In this document: positions 1 to 9,325 of the stretch, piece after piece
Numbering within the stretch: the first letter of the stretch is position 1
Layout: each line of letters starts with the position of its first letter
Origin: an uncultured Candidatus Binatia bacterium
Lineage (GTDB): Bacteria; Desulfobacterota; Binatia; UBA9968; JAJDTQ01
Direction: 5' to 3'
Length of the DNA stretch: 64,000 nucleotides
NCBI GenBank assembly: GCA_964291295.2
Contig: OZ219754.1
Coordinates: 2,176,001 to 2,240,000, forward strand
Made by a program: the position numbers and the translations under genes
Notes under the pieces: model-generated
What the model was told of the DNA's origin: nothing
The model's input: the letters and a program-made list of their open reading frames with translations, nothing else
Database searches by the model: none

Positions 1-2801
1 AGTGGGAGCGCGAGGGGATTCACGACAAGATGGTGGAGGCCCGCCGGGGTGCTCCCGGGTTCATCCTGCACGACGGTCCGCCCTACGCCAACGAGCGCAT
101 TCACATCGGCCACGCCCTCAACAAGATCCTCAAGGACATCATCGTCAAGTACAAGAGCATGCGGGGCTACCGCACGCCCTACATCCCGGGCTGGGACTGT
201 CACGGGCTCCCCATCGAGCTCCAGGTGGAGAAGAGCCTGGGCCGGGACAGGAAGAACCGGCTCAGCAAGGTGGAGGTGCGCAGGCTGTGCCGCGCCCACG
301 CGGAGAAGTTCATCGGCGTGCAGCGGGAGGAGTTCAAGCGGCTGGGGGTGCTGGGGCGCTGGGCGGAGCCCTACCGGACCATCGACTTCGAGTACGAGGC
401 CACCGAGATCCGGGAACTTGGCAAGTTCATGGCCCGCGGCGCCATGTACCGCAGCAGGAAGCCGGTCTACTGGTGCGCCTCCTGCGCCACCGCGCTGGCC
501 GAGGCCGAGGTGGAGTACGACAACCAGCGGACGCCGGCGGTCTACGTCAAGTTTCCCATCAAGGACGCAAAGGGGAAGCTGCCGGACGACCCGGACGGCG
601 CCTTCGCCATCTGGACCACCACCCCCTGGACACTCCCGGCCAACCAGGCCATCGCCCTGCACCCGCAGATGCGCTACCGGCGGGTCCGCACCCGCGCCGG
701 CGTGCTGGTGGCGGCGGAGGAGCTGCTGCCGTCGCTGATGGAAGCCTTGGGACATGAGGCCGGCGCCTTTGAGGTGCTGGAGGGTTCCTGGTCCGGAGCC
801 GCGCTGGAGGGCATCGTGTGTGCGCACGCGTGGCTGGAGCGGGATGTCCGGGTCATTCTCGGAGAGTTCGTGACCGCGGAGCAGGGCACGGGCTGCGTCC
901 ACGTGGCGCCGGGACACGGGCATGAGGACTTCGAGGCGGGCCGGCGCTACGGTCTGGACGCGTACGCGCCGGTGGACGGCAACGGCCGGTTCACCGCCGA
1001 GGTCGGGGAGTTCGAGGGCGAGATGGTGTTCGACGCCAATCCGCGCATCGTCGCCAGGCTGGCGGAAGCGGAGCGGCTGCTCGGGTCCGAGGACATCGAC
1101 CACAGCTATCCCCACTGCTGGCGTTGCAAGCAGCCCGTTCTGTTCCGTGCCACCGACCAGTGGTTCATCTCCATGGCTCACGCAGGTCTGCGGCAGGGCT
1201 CCCTCGACGCCATCGATCAGGTGAAGTGGATTCCTCCCTGGGGGCGGGACCGCATCACCGGGATGATGGCCAACCGCCCGGACTGGTGCATCTCCCGGCA
1301 GCGTTGCTGGGGTGTGCCGATCCCGGTGCTGTACTGCCGGGACTGCGGCGGCGCGAACCTGAGCGAGGAGCTGTGCGAGCATGTCGCCGGACTGTTCGAG
1401 AAGGAAGGATCGGACGCGTGGTTTCTGAGGTCTCCGGAAGAGCTGGCGCCACCGGGGTTCCGTTGCCGGAGCTGCGGCTCTGCCCGCTTCTCCAGGGAGG
1501 AGGATATCCTGGATGTCTGGTTCGACTCCGGCGTGAGCCACGCCTCGGTGGTGGAACGCCGCCCGGAACTGGGCGGCAGGGCAGACCTCTATCTCGAAGG
1601 CAGCGACCAGCACCGGGGCTGGTTCCACACCTCGCTCCTCACGTCGGTGGCGAACCGGGGCCGCGCACCCTACGACGCCGTCCTGACCCACGGCTTCGTG
1701 CTCGACGGCAAGGGACACAAGATGTCCAAGTCCCTGGGCAACGTCACGGCGCCCCAGGAGATCATCAGGAAGTTCGGCGCCGACATCATCCGGCTCTGGG
1801 TGGCCGCCGAGGATTACCGCGACGACGTGCGCATTTCCGATGAGATCCTGAGCCGGCTGGTGGAGTCGTACCGGCGGCTGCGCAACACCGCCCGTTTCCT
1901 CATCGGCAACTTGCACGACTTCGATCCCGCCACCGACGCGGTGAGCGCCGGCGCGCTGGAGCCTCTGGACCGCTGGGTCCTCGACCGCACCCAGCGGCTG
2001 CTGGGACGCTGCCTCGAGGCCCTGGACCGGTTCGAGTTCCATACCGTCTACCATGCGCTGAACAATTACTGCAGCGTGGACCTGAGCTCCCTCTACCTGG
2101 ACATCGTCAAGGACCGACTCTATTGCGAGGGGCGCCGTTCGCCCGCCCGGCGGTCCGCCCAGACCGCGATCCACCATGTCCTGCAGACCCTGGTCCATCT
2201 GATGGCGCCCATCCTCTCCTTCACCGCCGAGGAGATCTGGGAGCATGTGGGCGGCCCGGACAGCATCCTGCTTTCGCCCATGCCGGAACCGGACGAGAGC
2301 CTGTCGGCCACCCCGGCGTTTGCCGCCGACTGGGAGCGGCGCCTCGACTTGCGCGGCGAAGTGCTGAAGGCGCTGGAGGTGGCGCGCCAGTGCGGTGCCA
2401 TCGGCCATTCCCTGGATGCGCGGGTGATGTTGTATCCCGACGCCTACGGCCGGGTGCCGGCCATACAGGCGCTGTTGCGCGGCGGCGCGCCGATGCCCTG
2501 GGAGGACATGTTCATCGTCTCGCAGGTGTCGGTGGCCGCGGGAGAGCCGCCGGCCGCCCTTGTCTATCCGGAGCCCGCGGCAGGGGACGGGAGCGTGGAC
2601 GCCGCCGCCGGCCCGGGGACCGGTTATCGGAGCGCCTTTCTGGGCGGGGCCATCGCCGTCTACCCGGCGCAGGGCGAGAAATGCCAGCGGTGCTGGAAGT
2701 ACCACGCCGCGGTGGGAGCGGATGCCGCCCATCCGCAGGTCTGTCCCCGTTGCGCGGAGGTGTTACGATCTTTACCGCAGGCCGAAAGCGCACACGCATA
2801 G
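1..2801 (+). CDS. ileS: Isoleucine--tRNA ligase (type 1), 5' end outside window
   Basis: HDGPPYAN..HIGH, GWDCHGLPIE, DWCISRQR, EGSDQHRGWF and KMSKS motifs, C-terminal CxxC..CxxC zinc finger; frame is open back to the window start. Confidence 0.98.
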   Translation, partial: WEREGIHDKMVEARRGAPGFILHDGPPYANERIHIGHALNKILKDIIVKYKSMRGYRTPYIPGWDCHGLPIELQVEKSLGRDRKNRLSKVEVRRLCRAHAEKFIGVQREEFKRLGVLGRWAEPYRTIDFEYEATEIRELGKFMARGAMYRSRKPVYWCASCATALAEAEVEYDNQRTPAVYVKFPIKDAKGKLPDDPDGAFAIWTTTPWTLPANQAIALHPQMRYRRVRTRAGVLVAAEELLPSLMEALGHEAGAFEVLEGSWSGAALEGIVCAHAWLERDVRVILGEFVTAEQGTGCVHVAPGHGHEDFEAGRRYGLDAYAPVDGNGRFTAEVGEFEGEMVFDANPRIVARLAEAERLLGSEDIDHSYPHCWRCKQPVLFRATDQWFISMAHAGLRQGSLDAIDQVKWIPPWGRDRITGMMANRPDWCISRQRCWGVPIPVLYCRDCGGANLSEELCEHVAGLFEKEGSDAWFLRSPEELAPPGFRCRSCGSARFSREEDILDVWFDSGVSHASVVERRPELGGRADLYLEGSDQHRGWFHTSLLTSVANRGRAPYDAVLTHGFVLDGKGHKMSKSLGNVTAPQEIIRKFGADIIRLWVAAEDYRDDVRISDEILSRLVESYRRLRNTARFLIGNLHDFDPATDAVSAGALEPLDRWVLDRTQRLLGRCLEALDRFEFHTVYHALNNYCSVDLSSLYLDIVKDRLYCEGRRSPARRSAQTAIHHVLQTLVHLMAPILSFTAEEIWEHVGGPDSILLSPMPEPDESLSATPAFAADWERRLDLRGEVLKALEVARQCGAIGHSLDARVMLYPDAYGRVPAIQALLRGGAPMPWEDMFIVSQVSVAAGEPPAALVYPEPAAGDGSVDAAAGPGTGYRSAFLGGAIAVYPAQGEKCQRCWKYHAAVGADAAHPQVCPRCAEVLRSLPQAESAHA

Positions 2802-3289
2802 TCGCCCTGCTGGCGGCCATCGTGTTGCTCGATCAGGGCACCAAGCTGCTCGTGCATCAGGCGATTCCGCTGCATCACTCGATTCCTGTGGTGGCAGGCT
2901 GGGTGGACCTGACCCACGTCCGCAACACCGGGGCCGCCTTCGGTCTGCTTGCGGGCGGCCGCCGGGCGCTGGCTTCCTACTTCCTGATCGCCTTTTCGCT
3001 GGTGGCCGTCGGTTTCCTGATCCATCTTCTTCGCCGCCTTTCGGACACGGACACCGGGCTCATCCTGTCGTTGACGTTCATTCTGGCGGGGGCTTTGGGG
3101 AACCTGGTGGACCGCCTGTTCCACGGCGAGGTGATCGATTTCGTCGACGTTTACTGGAATGCCTGGCATTGGCCGGCGTTCAACGTGGCGGACAGCTTCA
3201 TCACCGTCGGCGCCGTGCTGTGCGCCTGTTGCCTCCTGCGGACCCGGGGCCGGGATCCGTTCGCTCCGCCGCCGCGGAGCGGCACCTGA
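2768..3289 (+). CDS. lspA: Lipoprotein signal peptidase II (start uncertain)
   Basis: DQGTK, NTGAAFG, GALGNLVDR, VIDF and WPAFNVADS motifs; classic ileS-lspA order. No nearby in-frame ATG; ATC at 2768 follows GGAGG (alternative TTG at 2750). Confidence 0.93.
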   Translation: MFTAGRKRTRIVALLAAIVLLDQGTKLLVHQAIPLHHSIPVVAGWVDLTHVRNTGAAFGLLAGGRRALASYFLIAFSLVAVGFLIHLLRRLSDTDTGLILSLTFILAGALGNLVDRLFHGEVIDFVDVYWNAWHWPAFNVADSFITVGAVLCACCLLRTRGRDPFAPPPRSGT

Positions 3290-3294
3290 GGCCC

Positions 3295-4065
3295 ATGCTC
3301 ATGGAACAGCAGGTTACGTTCGGCAACGGCAGGGGCGAGCGGCTGGCGGGGGTGCTCCATCCGCCGCGGGGAACCGCCACCGGTTTCGGCGTGATCCTGT
3401 GCCACGGCATGGAGTCGAGCAAGGAAAGTCTCAAGCTCCTGCAACTGAGCGCGTCCCTGAGCGGCGCCGGCCACGCGGTGCTGCGCTTCGATTTCACCGG
3501 CGCCGGTGAGTCCTCCGGCGACTTCGAGTCCATCACCTGTACGCGGCAGGTGGACGACCTCGCGGCCGCCCACGAACGGTTGAAGGAACGCGGGACCGCC
3601 GAGGTGGGGATCGTCGGCTCCAGCATGGGCGGCACCACGGCGCTGCTCTACGCGGCGGCCGCGGACGGCGTGGCGGCGCTGGTGACCCTGGCGGCTCCGT
3701 TCGATCCGCGGGCGCTGCTGGAACGGGACTTTCCCCCCGGCGCGGTGGCGCGTTGGCGCGCCCGGGGATTCATCGAGTTCGGCGACCGTCGCCTCAAGAC
3801 GGACTTCCTCGAAGAGGCGCTCACCCTGGACGTCGCCGCGGCGGTGGCGCGGATCACCTGTCCGGTGCGGGTGATCCACGGCGGCGCCGACGCCACCGTG
3901 CCGGTGGAACAGGCCCGGGCGCTCCACGCCGCGCTTCCCGGTGAGAAGGCGTTGCACATCTTCCCGGATGCCGATCACCGCTTTACCGCACCGGACCATC
4001 GCGAAGCGGCCTTGGGCCTGGCGGAAGAGTGGCTTGGCCGGCACCTGAGGAGGGCCGCGGGGTGA
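3295..4065 (+). CDS. Alpha/beta hydrolase
   Basis: CHG..RFDFTGAGESSG, GSSMGG nucleophile elbow, HGGAD and DH catalytic residues. Confidence 0.9.
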   Translation: MLMEQQVTFGNGRGERLAGVLHPPRGTATGFGVILCHGMESSKESLKLLQLSASLSGAGHAVLRFDFTGAGESSGDFESITCTRQVDDLAAAHERLKERGTAEVGIVGSSMGGTTALLYAAAADGVAALVTLAAPFDPRALLERDFPPGAVARWRARGFIEFGDRRLKTDFLEEALTLDVAAAVARITCPVRVIHGGADATVPVEQARALHAALPGEKALHIFPDADHRFTAPDHREAALGLAEEWLGRHLRRAAG

Positions 4066-4460
4066 CCCGGCTCGGCGCCCTGTGCGTGGCGGGCCTGCTG
4101 GCCTTGGCCGGCTGCGGGAGCGAAGGCGATGCCACGGCCCGGGGAGCGGCGGAGGCTTTCCTGGACTGGCACTACGTGGAGATCGACCTGCTCCGGTCCA
4201 GGGAGTACACGGTGGGGTTGGCCCGGAGCAAGGTGGACAAGCAGATCCGGCTGACCTCCGGCCATGCCATCGACGCCGGCACCCGCAAGCCCCGGGTCTA
4301 CTACAATCTGCTGGAACAGAGGGACGCCGGCCGGCGCACGGCCTTCGTCTATCGGCTCACCATTCGGCCGGACGACGCCGGCGAGTTCTCCCGCAGGCTG
4401 CTCATCCGGGTGCGCCAGGAGTCGGCGGGCTGGCGGGTGACCAACTACATGGAATACTGA
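4062..4460 (+). CDS. Hypothetical lipoprotein
   Basis: GTG start overlapping upstream stop; hydrophobic signal with LAGC lipobox. Confidence 0.75.
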   Translation: MTRLGALCVAGLLALAGCGSEGDATARGAAEAFLDWHYVEIDLLRSREYTVGLARSKVDKQIRLTSGHAIDAGTRKPRVYYNLLEQRDAGRRTAFVYRLTIRPDDAGEFSRRLLIRVRQESAGWRVTNYMEY

Positions 4461-4488
4461 CGTGCCTCCTGGTATGAGAACAGGTGCG

Positions 4489-5745
4489 ATGAATCTGAGT
4501 GAACAAGGGGCGCTGGCTCCCTACCGGGTTCTGGATCTGACCGACGAGCTCGGTTTCCTCTGCGGCAAGACGCTGGGTGATCTCGGCGCCGACGTCATCA
4601 AGGTGGAACGCCCGGGAGGGGACGCCGCCCGGCACATGGGGCCGTATCTCGACGGCGGCCGCGACCCGGAGAAGAGCCTCTACTGGTTCGCTTTCAACAA
4701 CAACAAGCGCGGGATAACGCTCAATCTGGAGGCGCCGGCGGGGCGGGAGCTGCTTCAGCGCCTGGTCGCCACCGCGGACTTCGTGCTGGAGACGTTCCGG
4801 CCGGGCTACCTGGACGGGATCGGCCTCGGCCACGAGGTTATCCGGGCCGCCAACCCGAACACGGTGCTGGTGTCCATCACCCCCTTCGGCCTCACCGGCC
4901 CCTACAGCCGGTACCGGGCCACCGACATCGAGATCATGGCCATGAGCGGCTGCATGTCGCTTACCGGCGATCCGGACAAGCCGCCGCTGCGGGTGACCTT
5001 CCCCCAGTCCTATCAGTGGACCGGCTCCTATGCCGCCATGGCGGCGCTGGTGGCCCACACCCAGCGGCGGCGCACCGGCCGGGGCGAGCACGTGGACGTG
5101 TCGGCCCAGGCATGCATGCTCTGGGGCTTTTCCCACGCCCATACCTTCTGGGACCTCAACCGGTCGGTGGAGAAGCGGGCCGGCTCGTTCATGACCGGGC
5201 GCACCATTACCGGTGCCAGGATGCGGGTGTTCTGGCCCTGCAGGGACGGCTACCTGAACTTCATCATCTACGGCGGCGAGGCCGGACGCAAGACCAACCA
5301 GGCGCTGGTGGAGTGGATGGCCGAAAAGGGGGCGGCACCCGCGTTCCTGCGGGAGAAGGACTGGCGCGCCTTCAACATCGAACAGGTGACACAGGACGAG
5401 ATCGACGTCATGGAGGAGCCCATCGCCGGATTCTTCGCCGGGGTGACCAAGCAGGAGTTCTTCGAGGCGGTGACCGCCCGGGGCATGCTGGGCTATCCGG
5501 TGTCCACGGCCCAGGAACTCCTCGCCGACCCGCAACTCAAGGCCCGGGATTTCTGGCAGGAGGTCGAACATCCGGAGCTGAACCGCTCCATCACCTACCC
5601 CGGAGGATTCGCCCGCTTCTCCGAATTCCCCTGCCGGATCAACCGCCGGGCGCCGCTCATCGGCGAGCACAATCGGGAAGTCTACGGGGAGATGGGACTG
5701 GACGACGGGGAACTGGCCCGGCTTGAGGCCCAGGGCCTGGTGTGA
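4489..5745 (+). CDS. Class III CoA-transferase (CaiB/BaiF family), probable non-catalytic subunit
   Basis: RVLDLT..LGDLGADVIKVERPGGD, NNNKRGITLNL, ITPFGLTGPY and APLIGEHN motifs. Confidence 0.9.
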   Translation: MNLSEQGALAPYRVLDLTDELGFLCGKTLGDLGADVIKVERPGGDAARHMGPYLDGGRDPEKSLYWFAFNNNKRGITLNLEAPAGRELLQRLVATADFVLETFRPGYLDGIGLGHEVIRAANPNTVLVSITPFGLTGPYSRYRATDIEIMAMSGCMSLTGDPDKPPLRVTFPQSYQWTGSYAAMAALVAHTQRRRTGRGEHVDVSAQACMLWGFSHAHTFWDLNRSVEKRAGSFMTGRTITGARMRVFWPCRDGYLNFIIYGGEAGRKTNQALVEWMAEKGAAPAFLREKDWRAFNIEQVTQDEIDVMEEPIAGFFAGVTKQEFFEAVTARGMLGYPVSTAQELLADPQLKARDFWQEVEHPELNRSITYPGGFARFSEFPCRINRRAPLIGEHNREVYGEMGLDDGELARLEAQGLV

Positions 5746-5794
5746 CCCGATGGGGCACGGCAAGGTTCCGGAGAATCGCGGGAGTGGAAAGGGC

Positions 5795-7009
5795 ATGAAG
5801 GCACTGGAAGGTCTGAAGGTGGTGGAGGCCGCCGCCTACGCGGCCGGGCCGGTGGTGGGCAAGCATCTGGTGGACCAGGGGGCCACGGTGGTGCACATTG
5901 AATCGCGGACGCGTCCCGACGGCTTCCGCACCCACTATCCGCCCTACAAGGACAACATCCACGGACTCAACCGCTCGGGTCTGTTCGCGCTCTGCAACAG
6001 CGAGAAGCTTGGCATCACCCTGAATCTGAAGAAGGGGCCGGAGGCCGTGGCGCTGGCCAAGCGCATCGTGAAGTGGGCGGATGTCCTGGTGGAGAACTTC
6101 AGCCCCGGCACCGTGGCGCGGTTGGGCCTGGGGTATGAAACCTTGCGGGAGGTCAACCCGCGTCTCATCATGCTGAGCAGTTCGAACCTCGGACAGACCG
6201 GACCCCACGCGCGCCATCCCGGTTTCGGTTCCCAGCTTTCCTCCCTCGCGGGCTTCACCAATCTGACCGGATACCGGGACGGTTCCCCCCAGATCCTGTA
6301 CGGCCCCTACATCGACTACATCGCCGTGGGCTACGGCGTGGTGGCCGTGCTGGCGGCGCTGGAATATCGGGAGGCCACCGGCCGCGGGCAGTACATCGAC
6401 CTTGCGCAGTACGAGACCGGGCTCCAATACCTCGCACCGTTGCTGCTGGACTACACCGTCAACGGCCACATCGCCATGCGCGACGGCAACCGCCATCCCG
6501 AGGCCTCGCCGCACGGTGCCTTCCCGTGCGCCGGCGACGACAACTGGTGTGTCCTCAGCGTCGCGTCGGACGACCAGTGGCAGGCGTTGTGCCAGGCCAT
6601 GGAGCGCCCGGAGTGGGGTGGACGGGACGAGTACGCCACCGCCGAGCGGCGACGGAAGCGGGCAGACCAACTGGAAGCCCGCATCGGCGAGTGGACCCGC
6701 CGGTTCGAGGCTCGCGAGCTGGTGCAGAAGCTTCAGGCCGCCGGCGTCCCGTCGGGCGTGGTGAACGGAATGGACCAGGTCCATGACGACCCCCAGCTCG
6801 TGCACCGGGGCCAATGGAACCGCCTCGACCATCCGGAAATCGGTCCCATGTCCTATCAGCGGGCACCCTACATCCTGTCCGGGAGCGACGGCGGCCCGGA
6901 CCGCCCGGACCCCTTGCTGGGCCAGCACAACGGTTACTTCTACCGCGAGTTGCTGGGGCTCTCGGACGAGGAGTTCGATGCCCTCGCGAAGCAGGGGGTT
7001 ATCGACTAG
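5795..7009 (+). CDS. Class III CoA-transferase (CaiB/BaiF family), probable catalytic subunit
   Basis: LEGLKVVE, ADVLVENFSPG, GQTGP, PYIDY (catalytic Asp region) and PLLGQHN motifs. Confidence 0.9.
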   Translation: MKALEGLKVVEAAAYAAGPVVGKHLVDQGATVVHIESRTRPDGFRTHYPPYKDNIHGLNRSGLFALCNSEKLGITLNLKKGPEAVALAKRIVKWADVLVENFSPGTVARLGLGYETLREVNPRLIMLSSSNLGQTGPHARHPGFGSQLSSLAGFTNLTGYRDGSPQILYGPYIDYIAVGYGVVAVLAALEYREATGRGQYIDLAQYETGLQYLAPLLLDYTVNGHIAMRDGNRHPEASPHGAFPCAGDDNWCVLSVASDDQWQALCQAMERPEWGGRDEYATAERRRKRADQLEARIGEWTRRFEARELVQKLQAAGVPSGVVNGMDQVHDDPQLVHRGQWNRLDHPEIGPMSYQRAPYILSGSDGGPDRPDPLLGQHNGYFYRELLGLSDEEFDALAKQGVID

Positions 7010-7183
7010 GAGCCTGTGCCGCAGGACGCTTCGGGATGTGACCGGTGGGATAGCATGACCAGATTTTCGTCCAAAATGCCAGAAACGCGTAGCCTTGTCC
7101 CATTATTGGACATTAATCGGGCGCCAAGTGGGATTCTGGTGGATCTCTGTCCCACGAAAATTTTCTGCGGCGCAGACTCCTAG
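7006..7183. mobile_element. Putative MITE (IS5/IS4-type ends)
   Basis: CTAGGAGCCTGTGCCGCAGGA at 7006 and TTCTGCGGCGCAGACTCCTAG ending 7183 form an 18/21 inverted repeat; CTAG at both ends; non-coding, more AT-rich interior. Confidence 0.65.
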
Positions 7184-7225
7184 GAAACCCTCGGTGCCAG
7201 TGCCGCAGCTTGCGGATTCCGGCCC

Positions 7226-7699
7226 ATGAAGAGACCTGAGCCGTTCGAGTTAAGCGAAGCCGCCTTCGCGGCGGTTCGCGCGCATGCAGCGGAGAGCTAT
7301 CCCGAGGAGTGCTGCGGGGTGATCCTCGCCGGCGGCGAGGTCCATCGGCTCGTCAATATCCAGAACACGCTTCACGCCAACGATCCCGAGACGTTTCCCA
7401 GGGACGCCCGGACTGCCTACACCATGGACCCGAAGGAGTTGGAGAGGGTTCTCGAGGCGGCCGGGGACAGGGGTCTGGCCTTCAGGGCACTCTATCATTC
7501 CCATCCCGACCACGATGCCTATTTCTCCGCCGAGGACAGGGCCTGCGCCACGCCTTTCGGAGAACCCACCTATCCGGACACCGCGCAGATCGTGATATCG
7601 GTGGTGAGCGGCCACGTCGGCCGGGTCGCGGTCCATGTCTGGGACCCTGAGGTCGGGGACTACGTCGAGACCACACTCAAGAGAATCCCGGCCCGTTGA
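7226..7699 (+). CDS. JAB/MPN (M67) metallopeptidase, Mec+-like
   Basis: YPEECCG and YHSHPD...FSAED JAMM motif. Confidence 0.9.
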   Translation: MKRPEPFELSEAAFAAVRAHAAESYPEECCGVILAGGEVHRLVNIQNTLHANDPETFPRDARTAYTMDPKELERVLEAAGDRGLAFRALYHSHPDHDAYFSAEDRACATPFGEPTYPDTAQIVISVVSGHVGRVAVHVWDPEVGDYVETTLKRIPAR

Positions 7700-7797
7700 C
7701 GCCGCCGCCGGCGGTGTTCTCCGGATGGTCGCCCCGAACCATTCAGGTTTGAAATGCCCGCACGATGTTGCTACCGTGCGGGCCAGGGAGAGCGATC

Positions 7798-8082
7798 GTG
7801 CGGCACGACGTGAGACTGTTCCTGCGGGCGGGAGACGAGGTCAAACACCACCGCAACCTCCAGTGGGGCGTGGGCATCGTGGAGGAGGTGATGACCTCCA
7901 GCGTCCCCGGCGGAACCTGTCTCGCCCGCATCCGCTTCCAGGATGGCCGTCTCCGCGTCTTCCACAACGATCTCGACAATCAGAGCTGCTGCTACTATTT
8001 CGGCATCCGTCACTACGACGACCCCGGCCCCGGCGGCATCCGCCGCCAACTCCTGGCCTGCTTCGATCCCGAGGACTGCTGA
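7798..8082 (+). CDS. Small hypothetical protein (SH3/DUF3553-like beta-barrel)
   Basis: GDEVKH...WGVGIV pattern; GGGAG RBS before GTG. Confidence 0.6.
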   Translation: MRHDVRLFLRAGDEVKHHRNLQWGVGIVEEVMTSSVPGGTCLARIRFQDGRLRVFHNDLDNQSCCYYFGIRHYDDPGPGGIRRQLLACFDPEDC

Positions 8083-8151
8083 GGCCGTGGAACGGGGCGA
8101 CCGAAGCGGCTGCCCCCGGACCGGCACGAGACGCCGCGTGGCGGCGACCCT

Positions 8152-8880
8152 TCAGCCTGCAAGGTGGATTCTGTAGAAATTCACGGTTCGTCGCCACGCG
8201 TCGGCCGCGGCCTCGGGGTGGTAGCGGTCGGCGTTGGTGTTGTTGTTGAAGGCATGCCTGGCGCCATGGCCGTAGCTCTTGAGATCGATGGTCTTGCCGT
8301 TCCTTGCCAGCGCCTCCTTCAAGGGCTCGATGCCGGGAATGATGTTGGGATCGTCGTCGGCGTAGTTGCCCATGAGAGGGCAGGTGATTCTGGCCACCGC
8401 CTCCAGCGGGTCCGGGTTGCGCCCGTAGTACACCACGGCCGCATGGAGCCGATTGCACCGGGTGGCGAAATTGAGGGACTGGCCGCCGCCCCAGCAGTAG
8501 CCGACCACACCCACCTTGCCGTTGGTGAAGCCTTGGCCCTTGAGATACTCGAGGGTGCTTGTCAGGTCTTCCACGCAACCTTCGGGATCCAGGCTCCGGA
8601 TGGCGGCGATGGCCTCCTGCGACGTGGCGTACTGCCCGGTGCCGCCGGTGCGCTGGAGCAGGTCCGGCGCAAGGGCGGCGAAGCCCTCCTTGGCGAAGTG
8701 CCGCGCCACGTCCTTGATGTGGTCGACGAGGCCGACGTTTTCATGAATCACGATTACCGAACCCAGGTCGGTGCCGCCCCTGGGCCGCGACATGTAGCCC
8801 GTACAGCTTCCGTACCGGACCGTTCCCGATTCCAGCTCGGGGTCGTTCTCGTCGACGAGACGGGACAGGGTTTCTGCCAT
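8152..8880 (-). CDS. Dienelactone hydrolase family protein
   Basis: VIHENVGL, ALAPDL, GYCWGG and HAF motifs; AAAGGAG RBS. Confidence 0.92.
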   Translation of the reverse strand: MAETLSRLVDENDPELESGTVRYGSCTGYMSRPRGGTDLGSVIVIHENVGLVDHIKDVARHFAKEGFAALAPDLLQRTGGTGQYATSQEAIAAIRSLDPEGCVEDLTSTLEYLKGQGFTNGKVGVVGYCWGGGQSLNFATRCNRLHAAVVYYGRNPDPLEAVARITCPLMGNYADDDPNIIPGIEPLKEALARNGKTIDLKSYGHGARHAFNNNTNADRYHPEAAADAWRRTVNFYRIHLAG

Positions 8881-9325
8881 AGGTGGATATCTCCTTTCAC
8901 ATGGGGTGCAGATTCCAGGGCGGTCTCCGGACGACGAAGACGGATGTCCTGATGCTGACGGCAAGGGCCGCTGTGCACCCGTTGAGTGAGCCTTCCGATG
9001 GGTCTCCCCGAGGGGGGCCGTGTGTCGGCAAGCCCTTGTACCAGACGGCCCGACCCGGCACAAGGTGCCCGCCGGTCCAGGACACGTTGCCGTCGCTTCG
9101 CCGGACAGCAGGGATCCGTGGCCGCCTCTGCCGGGGCCGGCTGCAACGTCCTGTCCGCACGGAGCCGGGATCGATCCCGTGCGCGGACCGATGCGTACCT
9201 GCCGGTGGAGCAAGGATGGTCCCGGTGCGCGGCGCACGGTTCCGTCAGGGTTCGCGGCGTCGATCTCGCCGGACACCCTGCCGTGCGAAATTCGTGAAGG
9301 TGGACAGACCGGCGGAGTGCCGGCG

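Noticed and set aside
75-115. IleS PPYANER variant (usually ANG) as a mupirocin-resistance signal
   Set aside because: HIGH and KMSKS are intact and the enzyme is type 1 with a C-terminal zinc finger; a single substitution is insufficient evidence.
8881-9065. Glycine-riboswitch-like GGGAGA...GAAGG in the dienelactone hydrolase leader
   Set aside because: Missing the CTCTCAGG motif and a second aptamer; downstream gene unrelated to glycine.
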